64,000 nt of DNA from Octopus vulgaris (GCA_951406725.2 OX597817.1:74958001-75022000), one strand, 5' to 3'; counted from the first letter of the stretch, positions 11,567 through 25,497 are shown. Program-made: numbers and translations. Notes: a model not told the origin generated them from the letters alone.

Positions 11567-13469
11567 TCATCATCATCATCATCATCATCATCGTTTAACG
11601 TCCGCTTTCCATGCTAGCATGGGTTGGACGGTTCAACTGGGGTCTGGGAAGCCTGAAGGCTGCACCAGGCCCAGTCAGATTTGGCAGTGTTTCTACAGCT
11701 GGATGCCCTTCCTAATACCAACCACTCCATGAGTGTAGTGGGTGCTTTTTACGTGCCACCAACACAGGTGCCAGACGAGGCTGGCGAACTGCCACGCTCG
11801 GATGGTGCTTTTTATGTGCCACTGGCATGGAGGCCAGGCGATGCGGCACTGGCTGCGGCCACATTCAGATGGTTCTCTTACGTGCCATTGGCACTGGTAT
11901 GACAACTACAAATTCCATTGATGTTAATCGATTTCGATTTTGATTTTCACTTGCCTCAACAGGTCTTCACAATTAGAGTTTTGTGTCCCAAGAAGGAAGG
12001 TATGCACAGGTGGACTGACTACGTCCCAGGTATAGGCCATGGGTTATGGCCTCACTTGTCCTGCCGGGTCTTCTGACACAGCATACTTCCAAAGGTCTCG
12101 GTCTCAGGTCATTTCCTCGGTGAGACCTAAAGAGCGAAGGTCATGCTTCACCACCTCGTCCCAGGTTTTCCTGGGTCTACCTCTTCAACAGGTTCCCTCA
12201 ACCACTAGGGTGTGGCACTTTTTCACACAACTATCTTCATCCATTCTTACCACATGTCCATACCAGCGTAGAAGTCTCTCTTGCACACCACATCTGATGC
12301 TTCTTAGGCCCAACTTTTCTCTCAAAGTACTTACATTCTGTCGGGTATGAACACTGACATTACACATCCATCGAAGCATACTGGCTTCATTTCTTGCAAG
12401 CTTACGCATGTTCTCAGCAGTCACGGCCCAAGTTTCACTGCCATGTAGCATGGCTGTTTGTACACATGCATCATACAGTCTGCCTTTTACTCTGAGCGAG
12501 AGGCCTTTTATCACCAGCAGAGGTAAGAGCTCTCTGAACTTTGCCCAGGCTATTCTTACTCTAGCAGTTACACTTTCAGCACACCCGCCCCCGCTACTGA
12601 CTTGATCACCTAGGTAACGGAAACTCTCAACTATTTCTAGTTTTTCTCCCTGGAATGTGGCGGAAGATGGTCTCTGCGCATTTTCTGTGTTTATTGCACC
12701 AGAGCATCTGCCACATACAAAAACTATCTTCCTAGTTAGCCTTCCTTTGACATTGCTGCACCTCTTATGTGTCCATAGCTTACACTGGGTGCATCTTATA
12801 GAGTTTCTACCTACGCCTTTTCTACAGATCGAGCAGGGCTATCTACCTGAAGGCGTTTGTGATTTGTCTACCTTCCTACTTATTATTAGGACTTTGGTTT
12901 TAGCTAGGTTGACTCTAAGGCCCTTCGATTCTAATCCTTGCTTCCACACCTGAAACTTCTCCTCCAGTTCTGATAGTGACTCAGCAATTAGAGCAAGGTC
13001 ATCAGCATAGAGGAGCTCCCAGGGGCATCCTGTCTTGAATTCCTCTGTTATTGCCTGGAGGACTATGATAAATAGGAGGGGGCTGAGGACTGAACCTTGG
13101 TGGACCCCAACCTCTACTCGGAATTCTTCACTGTACTCATTGCCAACCCTCCACCTTACTAGCAGTGTCCCTGTACATGGCTCGCACAGCTCTCACTAAC
13201 TATTTATCTATCCCTAGTTTCCTCATTGACCACCAGATAAGGGATTGGGGGACCCTGTCGAAGGCTTTCTCCATGTCAACAAAAGCCAGGTACAGGGGCT
13301 TATCTTTGGCTAGATATTTCTCCTACAGCTGTCTTACCAGGAATATAGCATCAGTAGTACTTTTCCCTGGCACGAACCCAAACTGCATCTCATCTAAACT
13401 AACTCTCTCTCTAATTAGTTGGGCTATGACCCTTTTCGTAACCTTCATTACCTGATCCAATAGCTTGAT
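11567..13469 (-). mobile_element. 5'-truncated RTE-clade LINE
   Basis: IKLLDQV and LLYADDLAL reverse transcriptase motifs, ORF 12185..12514 (KGRLYDACVQTAMLHGSETW), 3' UTR and (TGA)n tail. Confidence 0.9.
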
Positions 13470-13580
13470 CGAAACAATTGTAGTGGCGAATTTAATTTTA
13501 TTTACTTTATATTAAATTTTTTTATGTATTGGATTAAGTCTTTCTTTGTTTGATTTGCAAAATAGTGGTTTTGTCTCTAA

Positions 13581-13634
<54 letters not shown>

Positions 13635-13658
13635 GTATATGTATATATATATATATAT

Positions 13659-13900
13659 GTGTGTGTGTACACGCCATGTTGGATCGTTAGCCCCTACACG
13701 CAATTTTTTTCTCTCCTTGTTTCTTTTCTGTGTGTCTTTCTGTCGAAGAGCGTAGGCTCGAAACGTAAAAGACTTGTTTTATTTCTATTCCTGAGCGCCA
13801 TACTAATACATTTTTTGTTTGTACTCAACCTGCCTTTGTCTTTTGTTTGTTTTCGTAAACCTGCCTTCGTCTTTTGTTTATTTTCGTAAACCTTCCCATT
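13659..13900 (+). mobile_element. PLE pLTR-like fragment in (TA)n with a minimal hammerhead-like motif (13735-13772)
   Basis: tcttt-CTGTCGA-a-gagc gtag gctc-GAAAC GTA-aaaga; related fragments at ~14420-14620 and ~19655-19830. Confidence 0.55.
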
Positions 13901-13905
13901 ATATA

Positions 13906-13958
<53 letters not shown>

Positions 13959-14121
13959 AGGCTTCTTTCAGGTTCTGTCTACCTGATCCACTGAAAGACA
14001 CCTGCTGAAAGAGTTGTGCAAGAACTGAAGCTAAAATCGTGCGATTGGGAAGCAAGCTTCTTAACTGTACAACCATAAAATGTCAACTAATAAAAAAATT
14101 TACATTAATGGTATAAAATAC

Positions 14122-14248
14122 CTGAAGAACTGTCTGAAGAAGTTTGTACTGAAACAGCTGGATATTGAGCAGACGGTCCATCTCGAGAAGGCATCCATGC
14201 AGTCTTTCGAACAGTTCCATCACCATCTCCGCCAGTGGAAACTGGAAA
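14122..14248 (-). CDS. NEK11: NEK11-like C-terminal region exon
   Basis: ttttag|...|gtattt, 127 nt, GC-richer than flanks. FPVSTGGDGDGTVRKTAWMPSRDGPSAQYPAVSVQTSSDSSS; phase 0 to 1. Confidence 0.75.
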
Positions 14249-14615
14249 CTAAAATACAGGATGATTATTTTTTAATGAATATATATATATATATTATTTT
14301 AAGGTAATTAATTCCCCCCCAAATACTAAGTATTGAACCAGTATTTCCTTGGATGAAACCATCTCTTCATGAGGCTAACACAACCTCTAATCATATATAC
14401 ATATTCACATATATATATAATGTGACCTCGTGAGTACCGTTGGCGATATTTTTTCCTCTGTCTTCCCTTCTCCTATGTTTCCGATGAAGAGCTCCACTTG
14501 AAACGTTAGGCCCTCCTTCTTCCCTTCTTTCCTGAGCGTCCAATAATATTTTATTTGTTCCACGTCCTCGCGTTGTTGTGTTTTTTTGTTTTTTTGTGTT
14601 TTCTTGTTTGGATTA

Positions 14616-14657
<42 letters not shown>

Positions 14658-16513
14658 CATATGTATATATGGATGCATGTATATGTATGTATGTATGTGT
14701 GTATATATATATATATATGCGTGTGTGTGTATAATGCATAAGTCATCTAAAAGTCCATAAGTCAGGAAAAAGATACACTTGTATAACCCTATGCTCATCA
14801 GAGGCAGCCAACATGGAATATAATATGGTGACTGCTCTCTATTATTGAAGGTGAATTGACACATCCAACAATAGAGAAGAGTTGCCATATTTCATTTCAT
14901 ACCAGCTACCTCTGATGAGTGTAGGGTTATGTAATCGGATTGTTACCTAACACTCCATTGTTCCCCTAGCATGAAACTGATTGGTAAGATTGGCTGTGAT
15001 GGATATATAATACTGTACACTTTGGATATACCAAAAAGGAAACATTCATTTATCACTAACTGTGACTGAGGGTGCCAGGTAGCACTTATATTGCTAGAAA
15101 TAAGAGTTAAAACCCTTAGACCCACAAAAAAGTACATCTTCATATACTGACAGGGGAATTATATGTGAGTGTGTGTGTATGCACACACACACATATTTTA
15201 GAATTGTGCTTGTTTGGTAAGTGAGTTGATCTGAGAGTCTGGATTGAAACTGAAATAAACGTGTCAGGGAGGCATGAAATTGTATTAGTGAGTAGGTTAC
15301 TGAAGTGTGATGGAACTTGTTGACATTTCATAGTACAGATGTAATAAGTATTGAGAAATAAATAAAAGTGATGGTAGCAGTTTTAAAGCTTCTGACCTTT
15401 TTGTAACTAACCTACCTGAGACCACCTCTGCATCAATGATAAAATTTTCTATTTTAAAGTGATCTAAATTAAAACTTTCCATCAAAATCTAATGTTAATC
15501 TATGTTCCAAACACCAGTTTAATAATGAAAATGTTATTCATTACTTTCAAAATTAATTGAAACAAAGAGAGAGTATTTCAACAGAAATATGGAATGAATG
15601 ACCCCAACTCCACCACCCCATATAAATTTGAATGACGACATTCTGGCAGTTTGCTGAAATCTGTTGTCACATCTCTAAAATAGATTTTTATAACCACAAT
15701 ACACCCCCACCCCGTAACAATAACAACCTTTTTCTCCTTTTTTTTCTTCTTTCTTACCTTCTCTTTTTCTTTTCTTCTTACTCCTCAACTCTAAACCAAT
15801 TCACTCTTTCATATTTTGGGTCTCACCCTTTGCTATATCTCTCATTGGTTTTCTAAACTTTTGATTTTTTTTTTTTTGCATTTTAATTTTTCAAAAATTT
15901 TTTACCACTGGCTTTTCTATTCAGTTGAACTCACCATTGTGTTGTGGTTGACTTTGAAATTGTGCACAACAATGTAATCTTCATTAAAGTAATCTCAGCT
16001 GTTGATTAGCTATGTTGAGCATAGCTCATTGCGTAACTATATTACATTAAGAGCTTCAGCTTGCTAAGAAACATATGTAGCATGCATTTTACCTATTCCA
16101 CTCCCTCAATTTCGATTTTTATATGCATTTTTAGCAGCATTACTTGTGTACAAATTTCGCTGCCAATAAATATGTATTGTATCTTATCATATACTATTCA
16201 CTTTTTGTTCTCTTTACCAGTGATGTAAAAACTTGAAACTCACAAATTTCCTATTCTCAGATCATATATATATAATTATTATTTGAGGGAATAAAATCCA
16301 AACTTACAAGGAAAAAGAATTCAATTTAGAAATATTTATAGCTTTGTGTTTTTTATTTAATTTTAAAGTATTTAATTTTTGAATTATTATTTTAGTTTTC
16401 AATTATGTATATTTAGAATTTTCATATACATATATATTTATATATGTGTGTATATATATGTATATATTAAAGTATATTTATTAATTAATTATTTTACTGT
16501 TCTATTATATTTT

Positions 16514-16599
16514 AACCTGATGAGCGACTATATTTATATACAAGTGATTTCTCTACTACTATAATCATTTCTTAAATATAGCAGCGAAACACGTCATTT
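16514..16599 (+). ncRNA. Hammerhead motif with an extended stem II
   Basis: CTGATGA at 16517, long helix ctatattta/taaatatag plus aagtgatt/aatcattt, then GAAAC ac GTC at 16586-16595; stem I is weak. Confidence 0.55.
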
Positions 16600-16785
16600 T
16601 TCTACCTATTATATACATTACATTATTCTTGTAATTTACTTAATCTATACTTTTTAATTGTTATTTTAATTTTAACATTTCTATTATATGTAATTTTCTA
16701 GATGATGTAATTTAATTATTCATTTTGAATTGATAAAAGGTGTTTTTTTCTAATATTTTATATATATATATATAAATATATATAT

Positions 16786-16818
<33 letters not shown>

Positions 16819-17039
16819 TAGATAGATAGATAGACAGACAGACAAACAGACAGATAGATAGATAGATACATACATACATATATACATACATACATACATA
16901 CATACATACATACATACATACATACATACATACATGCATGCATGCATACATACATACATACATACATACATACATACATACATAATAGCATGTTGATATT
17001 AGGTAATGGCAGGCCCAGCCTGTGAAATTCACAGACTAA

Positions 17040-17870
17040 GCAACCTCCTTGTTAAAACTGTTAAAACCTCTTTTAAAATTTATATTGTTTCATAAAGGAT
17101 GACCTTGACCTATCAGGCCATCCCACCACAAAAAAGTCAACAGACATACCATAACCACTTCGTTTGATATAGCAAATCTTTATTTTACCATCCTACATGA
17201 GTATGGGCTAGAAGCAATAGCTTTTTGTCTGAGTAAATTACCTGATGAAATTCCAGACCAAATTAATAAACAATTCATCACAGAGGGATTAAAATTCATT
17301 CTTGAAAACAGCTTCTTCATTTTCAAGAAACTCACCTACCAAGAAATACCTGGAGACAGCAATGGTTACAAAAGTTTCCCCCAACATATGCCAACTTAGT
17401 CATGGCATATCTAGAAGTCCGGATGCATTAACAAACCAAAACAAAGTACAGTATCAACTTCTTAAATTATGTTGTAAAATAATTGGAAATGGTACTTAGA
17501 TCCCTGCCTTATGCTGTGGACATACAACCTACACGAACTCAATGATTTCATATTTCTGCTCAATAACAGTATTTAGTTCACAATAGAATTTAGTCATAAC
17601 CAACTACTCTTCTTAGACATTTTGATTATAAACAATGACACAAACTGACATCTACTACAAACCAACAGACTCTAAACAGTACCTACTATTTACTTCATGC
17701 CACCTAAAACATAACAAATCCAAGTTTCTATTTAACCTCACTAGAAAAATTTGAACAATTGTCTCCAATAAGGAAGTTCATAATAAAAGACTCCTTGAAT
17801 TAAAACAGGTACTACTTGAAAAAACAGTATTTGTCTGCTCTAATAGAGAATTACAAAAAGCCCAAAACAA
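17040..17870 (+). mobile_element. Degenerate Penelope-like reverse transcriptase fragment
   Basis: Frameshifted peptides TSFDIANLYFTILHEYGLEAI, FITEGLKFILENSFF, TAM.TK..PTYANLVMAYLE and TDIYYKPTDSKQYL. Confidence 0.8.
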
Positions 17871-18387
17871 ACATATGTAGACATATATAAGATATTATGT
17901 ATGTATGTATGGTGTGTGTGTATATGCCACAGTAACTCCTAAAGCATGACAAGAATTATTTAATCTGAACAAGATTATCCATGAAGGAAAACAACCAATA
18001 TCAATGGAAGTAATTACCACAAACCATGAATCAACAAATACTTCCCACTTTACCAGAATGAAGGACAACTCTGAATAATGACACTAAAATATAAAAATCC
18101 AGAAACAAGCATAATAAATATGTTTTTCCATCGTCAGCTGCCAAACAGATTTCACTTTTAATGTATTACAGTTAGATAAAAAAAAAACAGCATTAGATAG
18201 TTAATGGTTGTTCTTTTTGTTCAGTGTTGACCACTGAAGATAGATTCAAGTTGGGTTTTGCCACATCAAGAGCATCATTCTAAGTTTATTTTGTTTCCCT
18301 GCAGATTTTGTCTGAGTCACATAAATAATATCCACCATAAGGTCCATTCCTTGTTGTGATGTGGTGGCTATATATATATATATATAT

Positions 18388-18770
18388 CATCATCATCATC
18401 ATCATCAATGTCATCGTTTAACGTCTGCTTTCCACATTGGCATGGGTTGGACGATTTGACTGAGGACTGGCAAACCAGATGGCTGCACCAGGCTCCAATC
18501 TGATCTAGCAGAGTTTCTACAGCTGGATGCCCTTTGTAATGCCAACCACTCCAAGAGTGTAGTGGGTGCTTTTACGTGCCACTGGCATGAAGCCAGTCAG
18601 CTGCTCTGGCAACGATCAGGCTCAGATGGTGCTCTGACAGTCATGTGATGCTGTCATCAAATTTGATTTCAATTTCACTTGCTTCAACAGGTCTTTGCAA
18701 GCAGAGTTTAGTCTCCAATGAAGGAAAGGTATGCATAAGTGGGCTGGTTACACCCCTGGCATAGGCCACA
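18388..18770 (-). mobile_element. RTE LINE 3' tail
   Basis: (CAT)n plus 3' UTR homologous to 11567-12040. Confidence 0.7.
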
Positions 18771-19876
18771 CTATCAAGAAGGTGTTAAGCCTCAGGTCAA
18801 ATTGACAAAGTTAGTAATCATCATTGGCAATTGTAACTTGGCAAGTAATTTCAATATGTATTTTCTCCATGGAGCAATGGTAATATTCTTATGGCCACTT
18901 GGAATTTATGAGGTGTCATAAATGAGAATTTGAGATTGGAGAAGTATGTTTGGAAGTGGTTTGTTTCTCTCACCACACTTCACAAGAGTAGACCATATAG
19001 TTTTCTAATGTTTTATAACCTGTTTTATGTAAGTGGTAAGAGAGTATCCATGACCTTCGCAGGTTCTTCCATACTCAGACCAGCAGAGTTGATGTCTCTG
19101 ATGGCTAGCCTACACATCTGCAGGATAAAATAAATGTGTGAAAGGAGGGAAACAAGTATTGGATCTGAATCTTTGTAAGAGAAGATAATTCCAACTAAAG
19201 GCATCCAAGAACCAGATGGTGATATACAACTGGACAACATGTTAGGCTTATGCCCATGCAGTCACTTACCCACTTGGAATTTCAAAAAAATTGATTATTT
19301 TTAATTAGCATCGATTTTTTGAAAATCAGTTGGACATTTCAATGCAAATTCTCATATGAATATTATTTTCTTCCATAACTTTTAAAGTTTGCAACTGATT
19401 TTCTTGAAATTTTATACACAGATGGAATATGTGCTAAGGATGGGTTGAGACAAATATATTTTTACCTAGGCCACTCAAGCAAAGTGTAAGATAATTTTTG
19501 ATTAACTGTTTAACGAAATTTGGCCTAAATTGTTGTGGGATTAAAATGTTCATCAATTATTTTGTATATAGATGTATGTATATAGATGTATGTGTATAGA
19601 TGTAAATGTATAGATGCATATGTATAGATGTACATGTATAGATAATTGACTGCTAAATCCACGAGTTTTTTTTTTTTCTCTTTCTGTTTATTTCCTTCTT
19701 TTCCTTTCTGTTGAAGCATGTAGGCTCGAAACATAAAAGACTTTCTCACCTTCCTGAGCATCAAACTAATACACCAGCTTGTTGTTTATACACCTGTCTT
19801 TGTCTTTTGTTTTTCTGTTCATTTCAACTATATAGATGTATATATACAGATGTATAGTATATATATATGTATTGCT

Positions 19877-20710
19877 CAGAGTAAAAGTAGACTGTATGAC
19901 GCATGTGTACGAACAGTCATGCTACATGGCAGTGAAACGTGGGTCGTGACTGCTGAGGGCATGTGTAAGCTTGAAGGAATGAAGCCAATATGCTCCACTG
20001 GATGTGTAATGTCAGTGTGCATACTCGACAGAGTATAAGTGCCTTGAGAGAAAAGTTGGACATAAGAAGCATCAAATGTCGTGTGCAAGAGAGACGACTG
20101 CGCTGGTATGGTCATGTGGTGAGAATGGATTAGGATAGCTGTCTGAAAAAGTGCCACACCCTAGTGGTTGAGGGGAATCTGTGGAAAAGGTAGACTCAGG
20201 AAGACCTGGGATGAGGTGGTGAAGCACGACCTTTGAACATTAAGCCTCACTGAGGCAATGACTAATGGCCGAGACCTTTGGAAATATGGTGTGCTTGAGA
20301 AGACCCGTCAAGCCAAGTGAGACCATAACCTGTGGCCTATACCAGTGATGTAACCAGCCCGCTTATGCATACCTTTCCTTCATTGAAGACTAAACTCTGC
20401 TTGTGTAGACCTGTTGAGGCAAGTGAAATCGAAATTGAAATCAAATTCGTTGACAGCACTGCATGACTGGTATCTGTGCCAGTGGAGCACTAAGAGCATC
20501 ATCTGAGCATGATTGTTGTCAGGGCCGCTGACTGGCACCTGTGCTGGTGGCACATAAAGCGCACCATTCGAGCAGGATTTCTACCAGCATCGCCAGTGCC
20601 GCTGGATTGGCTCCTGTGCAAGTGGCACATAAAAACACCGTTTGAGCATGGACGCTGCCAGTACCATCTGACTAGCGCTCATGCCAGTGGCACATAAAAG
20701 CACCCTCTAC
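19877..20710 (+). mobile_element. RTE LINE 3' fragment
   Basis: RLYDACVRTVMLHGSETW, same family as 12185..12514, followed by 3' UTR. Confidence 0.85.
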
Positions 20711-20807
20711 ACTGTAAAAAATTTGCCTCAATAAATGACATTTAAACCATGCAAACATGGAAAAGTGGGCATTAAGACAATAATAATTATGATATATATA
20801 TATATAG

Positions 20808-20956
20808 TGGCTGTGTGGTAAGTAGCTTGCTAACCAACCACATGGTTCCGGGTTCAGTCCCACTGCGTGGCATCTTGGGCAAGTATCTTCTGCTATAGCC
20901 CAGGCCGACCAATGCCTTGTGAGTGGATTTGGAAGACGGAAACTGAAAGAAGCCTG

Positions 20957-21012
<56 letters not shown>

Positions 21013-21221
21013 TTGTGTGTCTGTGTTTGTCCCCTTAGCATTGCTTGACAACCGATGCTGGTGTGTTTACGTCCCCATCACTTAGCGGTTCGGCAAAAGA
21101 GACTGATAGAATAAGTACTGGGCTTACAAAGAATAAGTCCCGGGGTCGATTTGTTTGACTAAAGGCGGTGCTCTAGCATGGCCGCAGTCAAATGACTGAA
21201 ACAAGTAAAAAAGAGTAAGAG

Positions 21222-21222
<1 letters not shown>
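20808..21222 (+). mobile_element. tRNA-derived SINE family A, full copy with internal (TA)n(TG)n
   Basis: Matches 25093-25497 and 28040-28468. Confidence 0.8.
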
Positions 21223-21271
<49 letters not shown>

Positions 21272-22241
21272 ATGTGTTTGTTTACTTCATTTTGTGAGTT
21301 TATCTCAGCATGAAAAGTGCTTTAGCTGGATCCATTGCTTTCCGTCAATTCATGAGGTTAATACTTGGTGTGGCTATTTTGTGTGATTTTGACTCCTATT
21401 TTTAGCAATTGCCGGTACTATTTTGTAGCCTTGTTTATTAACTTGCCTTTAGGCTTTAATTGCTAATGAGCCACCTATATTATAATATATGTGGTATATT
21501 TTTATTATATTAATATATTACATCTTATTGTATATATATGTATACATATATATATACAGATATATATATGCATGGTTGTATGTTTGCATATATGTTTGTG
21601 TGTGCATATGCAAACGCTTGTCTTCACAAACCTACACATACACACATACATTATCCTTCTATAAACATACACAAATTCTAGCATGCATTTTGCATATTCC
21701 TTAAGGCTTATCATATAAAGTCTTATCTTCTAAACTTTCCCAACCTCCAAAGGCTGATATCATTATATTTCTGTATGTTTGAGATGAGTCATTAATAAAA
21801 TAGCAAACATAAATTGAAACATTAATGTTATCTTCCAGTATTAGTTATGCTTAGGCACAAGAAAACAAATTTATAAGAGGGAAGAATAAAACTGTTACAT
21901 TTATATTTACTAAACTGGTTTCAATTAGGCACAACACTGCTCCAGCTTTGTATCACACACAATATTAGGTCTAAAGCAAGTATTTTTACTACTGTAAAAA
22001 AATTGTGATTTCTTTCGGACTGAGGTAAACAGTTAATCTTTGTCCAAAAGATGTAACTGGTTTAAACTTAATATATCACTAATACGTATTTCTCCATTGT
22101 TTCTAGCGAGATAAATGGCAAACTTAATCTATGAGGATTTGAACTCAGACTAAAGAGGGATTAATTTAAATACTACAAGGCATTTTAACCTGGTGTTTTA
22201 TTATTTCTACCAACCTGCTCTGTATTAATGCTACTTATATC

Positions 22242-22748
22242 TTTTATCTTCTATCTTTTACTTGTTTCAGTCATTAGACTGTGGCCATACTGGGGCACCT
22301 CCTTGAAGCGTTTGCATCAAACAAATCATCCATAGGACTTACTTTTTTAAAGCCAAGTACTTATTCTATTGGGCTATTTTGCTGAACTGCTAAGTTACAG
22401 GGATGTAAACACACCAACACCAGTTGTCAAGTGGTGTTAGGGGACAAATACAGACACAAAGACACACACACAAAGATATATATATACACATATACATCTA
22501 TGACAGGCTTCTTTCAGTTTCTGTCTACCAAATCCACTCCCTGTAGAATAAGTACTCGACTTTAAAAAAGTTGATTTGTTTGAGGAAAACTCTTCAAGGA
22601 GGTGCCCCAGTATGGCCACAGTCTAATGACTGAAACAAGTGAAAGATAGAAGATAAAACACATTTGCCCAAGGTGTGATGCAGGGGGACTGAACCCAGTA
22701 CCATGTGGTTGGGAAGCAAGCTTCTTACCACACAGCCATGCCTGCACC
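22242..22748 (-). mobile_element. SINE family A copy with an internal inverted duplication of its 3' end
   Basis: 22242-22308 and 22592-22658 form a 67-bp inverted repeat with one mismatch. Confidence 0.75.
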
Positions 22749-24279
22749 TAATTAATATTTGTTAAAAAGAATCTTCCAAATGGTCATACAACAGATAATC
22801 ACCCACAAATTCTACCCAATCCCTTTACAAAATTTATCTTAAAAATGGAAAACTTTATGAGTGGCCTCCAGGAACAAATTAACTCATATACTGAGGTGTA
22901 ACTGTACTTGTATTATTGATCCTGAAAGGCTGAAAGGCAAAGTTGATCCTGGCAACATTTGAACTGCGAATATAAAGACAGATGGAATGGCACTAAGCAT
23001 TTTGCCTGGTGTGCAAATGGTTCTGCCAACTCACTGCTTTAACTTCTAGTATATTAATATTGACTTCAGATTTTGGCACAGGGCCAGTAATTTGGGGGAA
23101 GGGGTTTAGTCGATTACAGTGCTCCAGTACTCAACTGGTACTTATTTTATCAACCCTGAAAGTATGAAAGACAAGGATGACCTTGATGAAATTTGAACTC
23201 AGAACATAAAGACAGATGAAATCACCGCTAATCATTTTGCCTGGTGTGCTAACAGTTCTGCCAGCTCATTGCCTTATACTAGCATATTAATATCAAGAAC
23301 ACATTGGATAACATAGTCCTTGATCCACTGCCTGAAGTTAAGAAAGGATTGTCATAACCAGAATGTCTTTTTGATTATGGTTGGCCTGGGGCTAAACAAA
23401 TTTTAAACCAGTCACTGCTTCACAAGCCGTTGGAAGAGGTTCTCTGCAGTGGTTTGATCTGCTAGAGATAGTAGCCAAAATCTTCAAGAAATCATACTAT
23501 AGTCTTAAATAAGGAAGAATACAGTGAACAATGTAGTTTCCTTGATATACAGAAAGTCTGGATGGTCAAGGCTAGAATGCCTTTGATCATAGAGGGGCTC
23601 ACTCAGGGGTGGCCTGAGGCACATCAATACCAGTAACAATAATCATGGTGATTCCTCAGCTTGATAAAAATAGCTGCCAAATTACCCACTATCATAATCA
23701 TCATCACTATCATTTAATGTCCATTGTCCAAGATAGCATGGATTGAACTGTGTGACCAGAGCTGGTAAGCCAGGAAGTGGGGTGGGGCTGCACCAAACTC
23801 CAGTCTGATTTAGCATGGTTTCTTTGGCTGGATATCCTTTACAGAGTGTGTTGGATTCTGGAAGCAAATAACTAGAACTCTGTCGGTTATGATGACAAGG
23901 GTTCCAGTTGATCTGATCAACAGAACAGCCGGCTCATGAAATTAATGTGTAAGTGGCTGAGCACTCCACAGACATGTGTTCACTTAACATAGTTCTCAGA
24001 GAGATTCAGTGGGACACAGAATGTGACAAGACTGGCCATTTAAGATACAAGTATTACTCATTTTTGCCAGAAGAGTGGACGGGAGCAACACAAAATGAAG
24101 TGTCTTGCTGAAGGACACAACATGTCACTGGTAATTGAACTCATGATCTTATAATTGTGGTGCTGAATACCTCTAACCACGAAGCCATGTGCCTTCACAC
24201 TGGAAACAAATACACAGCAAATAATAAGAAAATATCAAAATAGGGTGGATATTAAAAGAAGACTGTTAACATTCCTTAA

Positions 24280-24664
24280 TCTCTCTATATATAAACGGCA
24301 GTTTGTCTGTGCGTGTTTCTGTGTGTCTGTTTGCTTGTACCCTCACCCTGACCACGGCTTTCAACCGATTCTGATGAAACTTGACACACATGTAGCCCAA
24401 TGTCATAATTCAAAACTAACGCAGCCAAAAGTTTGAAAAGTTCCCCCAGTTCTGAAAAATCGATAAATTCGACATGGGGTCGAGAATCAGAAAAACAAAC
24501 CACAAACTGTCTAGGGGACGCAACTCCATCCTTTTTTAACTCTCAAAAAAAAATTTACCATCATTTTTTTCCATTTTTTTTGCTATTTTTTGGCTATAAC
24601 TCTCTAAAAATGCTTTATAGTTATTTCCCTTGCAAACCTGAGCAACGCCGGGCGATACTGCTAG
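24280..24664 (+). mobile_element. Non-autonomous Helitron-type element
   Basis: Inserted between A and T; 5' TCTCTCTATATATAA; subterminal imperfect hairpin cctg...ccggg; 3' CTAG. Confidence 0.7.
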
Positions 24665-25092
24665 TCCAAAGATAAATGGGAATATTTTATGATTCTAACA
24701 TATAGGGTCTTGCAGATAAATTAAGACAATTTTTACGATGCATAAAACTGGTTATAAATACTAAAATAATGGTAATAGACAGATATAATTTTAATGTAAC
24801 ATTGTGCGAGTGTCTTCTACTGTTTATAGCTCCAACCCAACCAAATTCTTCTGAATGGCATCTCATTTGCATTGTAATTTTATTCATTTCACATTCATCC
24901 TTCATATGTTTTATGTTCCCATATGTCTTTGTATGTCCCCCTTTGTAATTAGGCCTTGTGCTTGTAATAATGAATTAAGCTAGCAAGCCATGTTACTCCA
25001 GACTGATGACAAGCAATGACTCAGAAACTAGTCTCTGAATGCTGGCTTTGCTGGGTGGAGGTACTTGTCTCTCCGTTTGTAAACATAATAGG

Positions 25093-25497
25093 TATAGGAG
25101 TGGCTGTGTAGTAAGTAGCTTGCTTATGAACCACATGGTTCCATGTTCAGTCCCACTGTGTGACACCTTGGGCAAGTGTCTTCTACTATAGCCTTGGGCC
25201 AACCAAAGCCTTGTGAGTGGATTTGGTAGACGGAAACTGAAAGAAGCTCATTGCATATATGTATATATGTATGTCTGTGTGTGTATATGCTTGTGTGTCT
25301 GTGTTTGTCCCCCCCAACATCGCTTGACAACTGATGCTGGTGTGTTTATGTCCCAGTAACTTAGTGGTTCGGCAAAATAGACTGATAGAATAAGTACTAG
25401 GCTTACAAAGAATAAGTCCTGGGGTCAATTTGCTCAACTAAAGGAAGTGCTCCAGCATGGCCACAGTCAAATGATTGAAACAAGTAAAAGAGTAAAA
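25093..25497 (+). mobile_element. tRNA-derived SINE family A
   Basis: Homologous to 20808-21222. Confidence 0.8.

Noticed and set aside
14080-14307. Plus-strand 75-aa ORF
   Set aside because: It is the antisense shadow of the minus-strand exon 14122-14248.
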